NCBI RefSeq assembly: GCF_006345805.1 | Contig: NC_043006.1 | Coordinates: 16,368,001-16,432,000 of the forward strand | Direction of reading: 5' to 3' | DNA length: 64,000 nucleotides | Origin: Octopus sinensis | Lineage: Eukaryota | In this document: in pieces, positions 61,958-64,000 of the stretch | Numbering within the stretch: position 1 is the first letter of the stretch | Layout of the letters: each line of letters starts with the position of its first letter | The notes under the pieces: generated by a model | Seen by the model: the letters and a program-made list of their open reading frames with translations, nothing else | The model's database searches: none | What the model was told of the DNA's origin: nothing | Translations under genes and position numbers: made by a program

Positions 61958-62235
61958 AGCTCACCTCCATAATATAAAAACATAATAAATGTGAATGTCA
62001 GTGTGTCAGTGGTGTCACACTTTTTCAACTTTACTCCTAGGGCCCGTAGCCCAACATATCACACCATTTTGGAATCAGGCTGGCTCCATGAGTAAATTAA
62101 AAACATTCTAGGCCAAATCCAAACCCACAATCCTGAAATTTTGGATTCCCGAGTTTTTATTACTGTGATTATTTTTGGCAATTTTTTTTTTTTCTTTTTA
62201 CATGACATTTTGCGACAATTTTTCTTGTACAATAA

Positions 62236-62482
62236 CATCATCATCATCATCGTTTAACGTCCGCTTTCCATGCTAGCATGGGTTGGACGGTTCAACTGGG
62301 GTCTGGCAAGCTCGAAGGCTGCACCAGGCCAGTCAGATCTGGCAGTGTTTCTACAGCTAGATGCCCTTCCTAATGCCAACCACTCCGAGAGTGTAGTGGG
62401 TGATTTTATGTGCCACCGACACAGGTGCCAGGCGAGGCTGGCAGACGCCCATGCTCGGATGGTGTTTTTATCCGAGCGTGGC
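62236..62482 (-). mobile_element. Family C retroposon
   Basis: (CAT)n tail plus units. Confidence 0.8.
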
Positions 62483-63182
62483 AAAAAAAAAAAAAAAAAA
62501 AAACAATTTTTATAATCTAAAGGCTAACTCTGTGAATTAATCAAAAACATTCTGGGCCAAATCTGGACCTGCAATTGTGAAATTTGAGATTTCTTTGTTT
62601 TCATTACTGCAATTGTTTTCAGGGAATTTATTTTTTTTTTTTGGTGACAAATATGATCAATCCTGCCAAAACTAAGCTCGCTTGTGCCACATAAAAAGCA
62701 TTGAGTCCTCTCTGTGAAGTGGTTGATTTTAAGAAAAGCATCCAGCCATAAAATCCCTGCCAAAACAGACACAGTAGCCTAGGGTAGTTTTTCTACCTGG
62801 CCAGCTCCTGTGAATCTTCCTACTCGTGCATGCATGGAGGATGGACATTTGACAATGATGATATACACACATACACCATACACTTGTCAATTATGCAAGA
62901 ATGCTAACACATCTATATCGTATTTAGATTGGATTTCATTTCACCATGTTTGTGATCAATAATATCATGTAGGGGAATAAGTACAGTCATTGTAATTGAT
63001 TCAATACCTACACTGCATATATTATGAAGCTATACTTACAACACATCCATGCAAGTAAGGGAATTCTAAAAATTTATATTAAAGTTTCATACCTCCTGTA
63101 TTGATCCTTTTTGGCTTCTTTGAAAAGTTGTTTGTGTTCAATAAAAATAATCAGTTTTGCTTCCTTTGTATATATACATTTT

Positions 63183-63597
63183 AAGGCGGCGAACTGGCAG
63201 AAACATTAGCACGCCAGGTGAAATGCGTAGCCGTATTTCGTCTGCCGTTATGTTCTGAGTTCAAATTCCGCCGAGGTCGACTTTGCCTTTCATTCTTTCG
63301 GGGTCGATAAATTAAGTACCAGTTACGCACTGGGGTCGATATAATCGACTTAATCCCTTTGTCTGTCCTTGTTTGTCCCCTCTATGTTTAGCCCCTTGTG
63401 GGCAGTAAAGAAATAGGTATTTCGTCTGCCTTTACGTTCTGAGTTCAAATTCCGCCGAGGTCGACTTTGCCTTTCATCCTTTCGGGGTCGATTAAATAAG
63501 TATCAGTTACGCACTGGGGTCGATATAATCGACTTAATCCCTTTGTCTGTCCTTGTTTGTCCCCTCTATGTTTAGCCCCTTGTGGGCAGTAAAGAAA
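63183..63597 (+). mobile_element. Young SINE family D with two near-identical modules
   Basis: 14-bp TSD TATATATACATTTT at 63169-63182 and 63598-63611. Confidence 0.88.
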
Positions 63598-63642
63598 TAT
63601 ATATACATTTTTTTAATCTGTTAACTTTGGCAATTCCTTCAA

Positions 63643-63965
63643 CCCCTTTACTATATTTCTGTTGAAATGCACTGCTTTTGTTTCAATTCTCTTTCTAAGT
63701 AATGAAGAATTTAATAAAATAACTTTGTCATGTTTGAGCTGGTATTTGGAACATATATTAGCACCAAACATTGATGGAAGAATTTTAATTTAAATCAATT
63801 TAACCCTTTTGTTATTATATTTCTGCTGAAATACACTGCTTTTGTTTCGCTTAATTTTTGAATAATGAAGAATTTAGCAAAATAACTTTTGTCGTTATTA
63901 AGCTGATGATTGGAACGTAACTTAGCATGAAATTTTAAAGAAGGGTTTTAATTTAAATCCCTTAA
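63643..63965. mobile_element. Two adjacent degenerate piggyBac-type MITE copies
   Basis: CCCCTTTACT and TTAACCCTTTTGTTA starts with a shared AATGAAGAATTTA..AAATAACTTT interior. Confidence 0.6.
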
Positions 63966-64000
63966 AACCAAAGGATTGTGTTACAGAGTTAGGGACAGTC

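Larger units (their letters stand above)
5048..64000 (+). other. Probable intron following the G-alpha exon, at least 58.9 kb, running beyond the window
   Basis: Donor at 5048; no segment encoding the expected next peptide (G-E/D-S-V-x-Y-F-L-D-N-like) found by eye; region filled with repeats. Confidence 0.7.

Overview
Eukaryotic, AT-rich, repeat-dense animal genomic DNA. The repeat landscape strongly suggests a coleoid cephalopod, most likely Octopus (inference, not database-checked). The only supportable host coding sequence is the first coding exon of a G-protein alpha subunit of the G12/13 class (4586-5047, +), ending at the conserved FQL|GTAAGT donor. No downstream exon was recognised, so about 59 kb is probably one giant intron. 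That intron is a nested mosaic of tRNA-derived SINEs with swappable 3' tails, an RTE-tailed retroposon with internal VNTRs, an RTE LINE ORF2 remnant, non-autonomous Helitrons, Tc1/pogo-, piggyBac- and hAT-type MITEs, and long TA-based microsatellites. Nearly all ORFs in the supplied track are microsatellite or SINE artefacts. The most unusual signal is a set of four different minimal type-I hammerhead-ribozyme-like motifs (five copies) between 48.0 and 58.6 kb. All show the very short, self-complementary helix III typical of Penelope-like elements, although the 58530 copy carries a mismatch there. One has a G3:C8 core swap and sits in a 131-bp fold-back element; another lies downstream of a tRNA-derived Pol III head. 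Ribozyme activity is predicted only, not shown.
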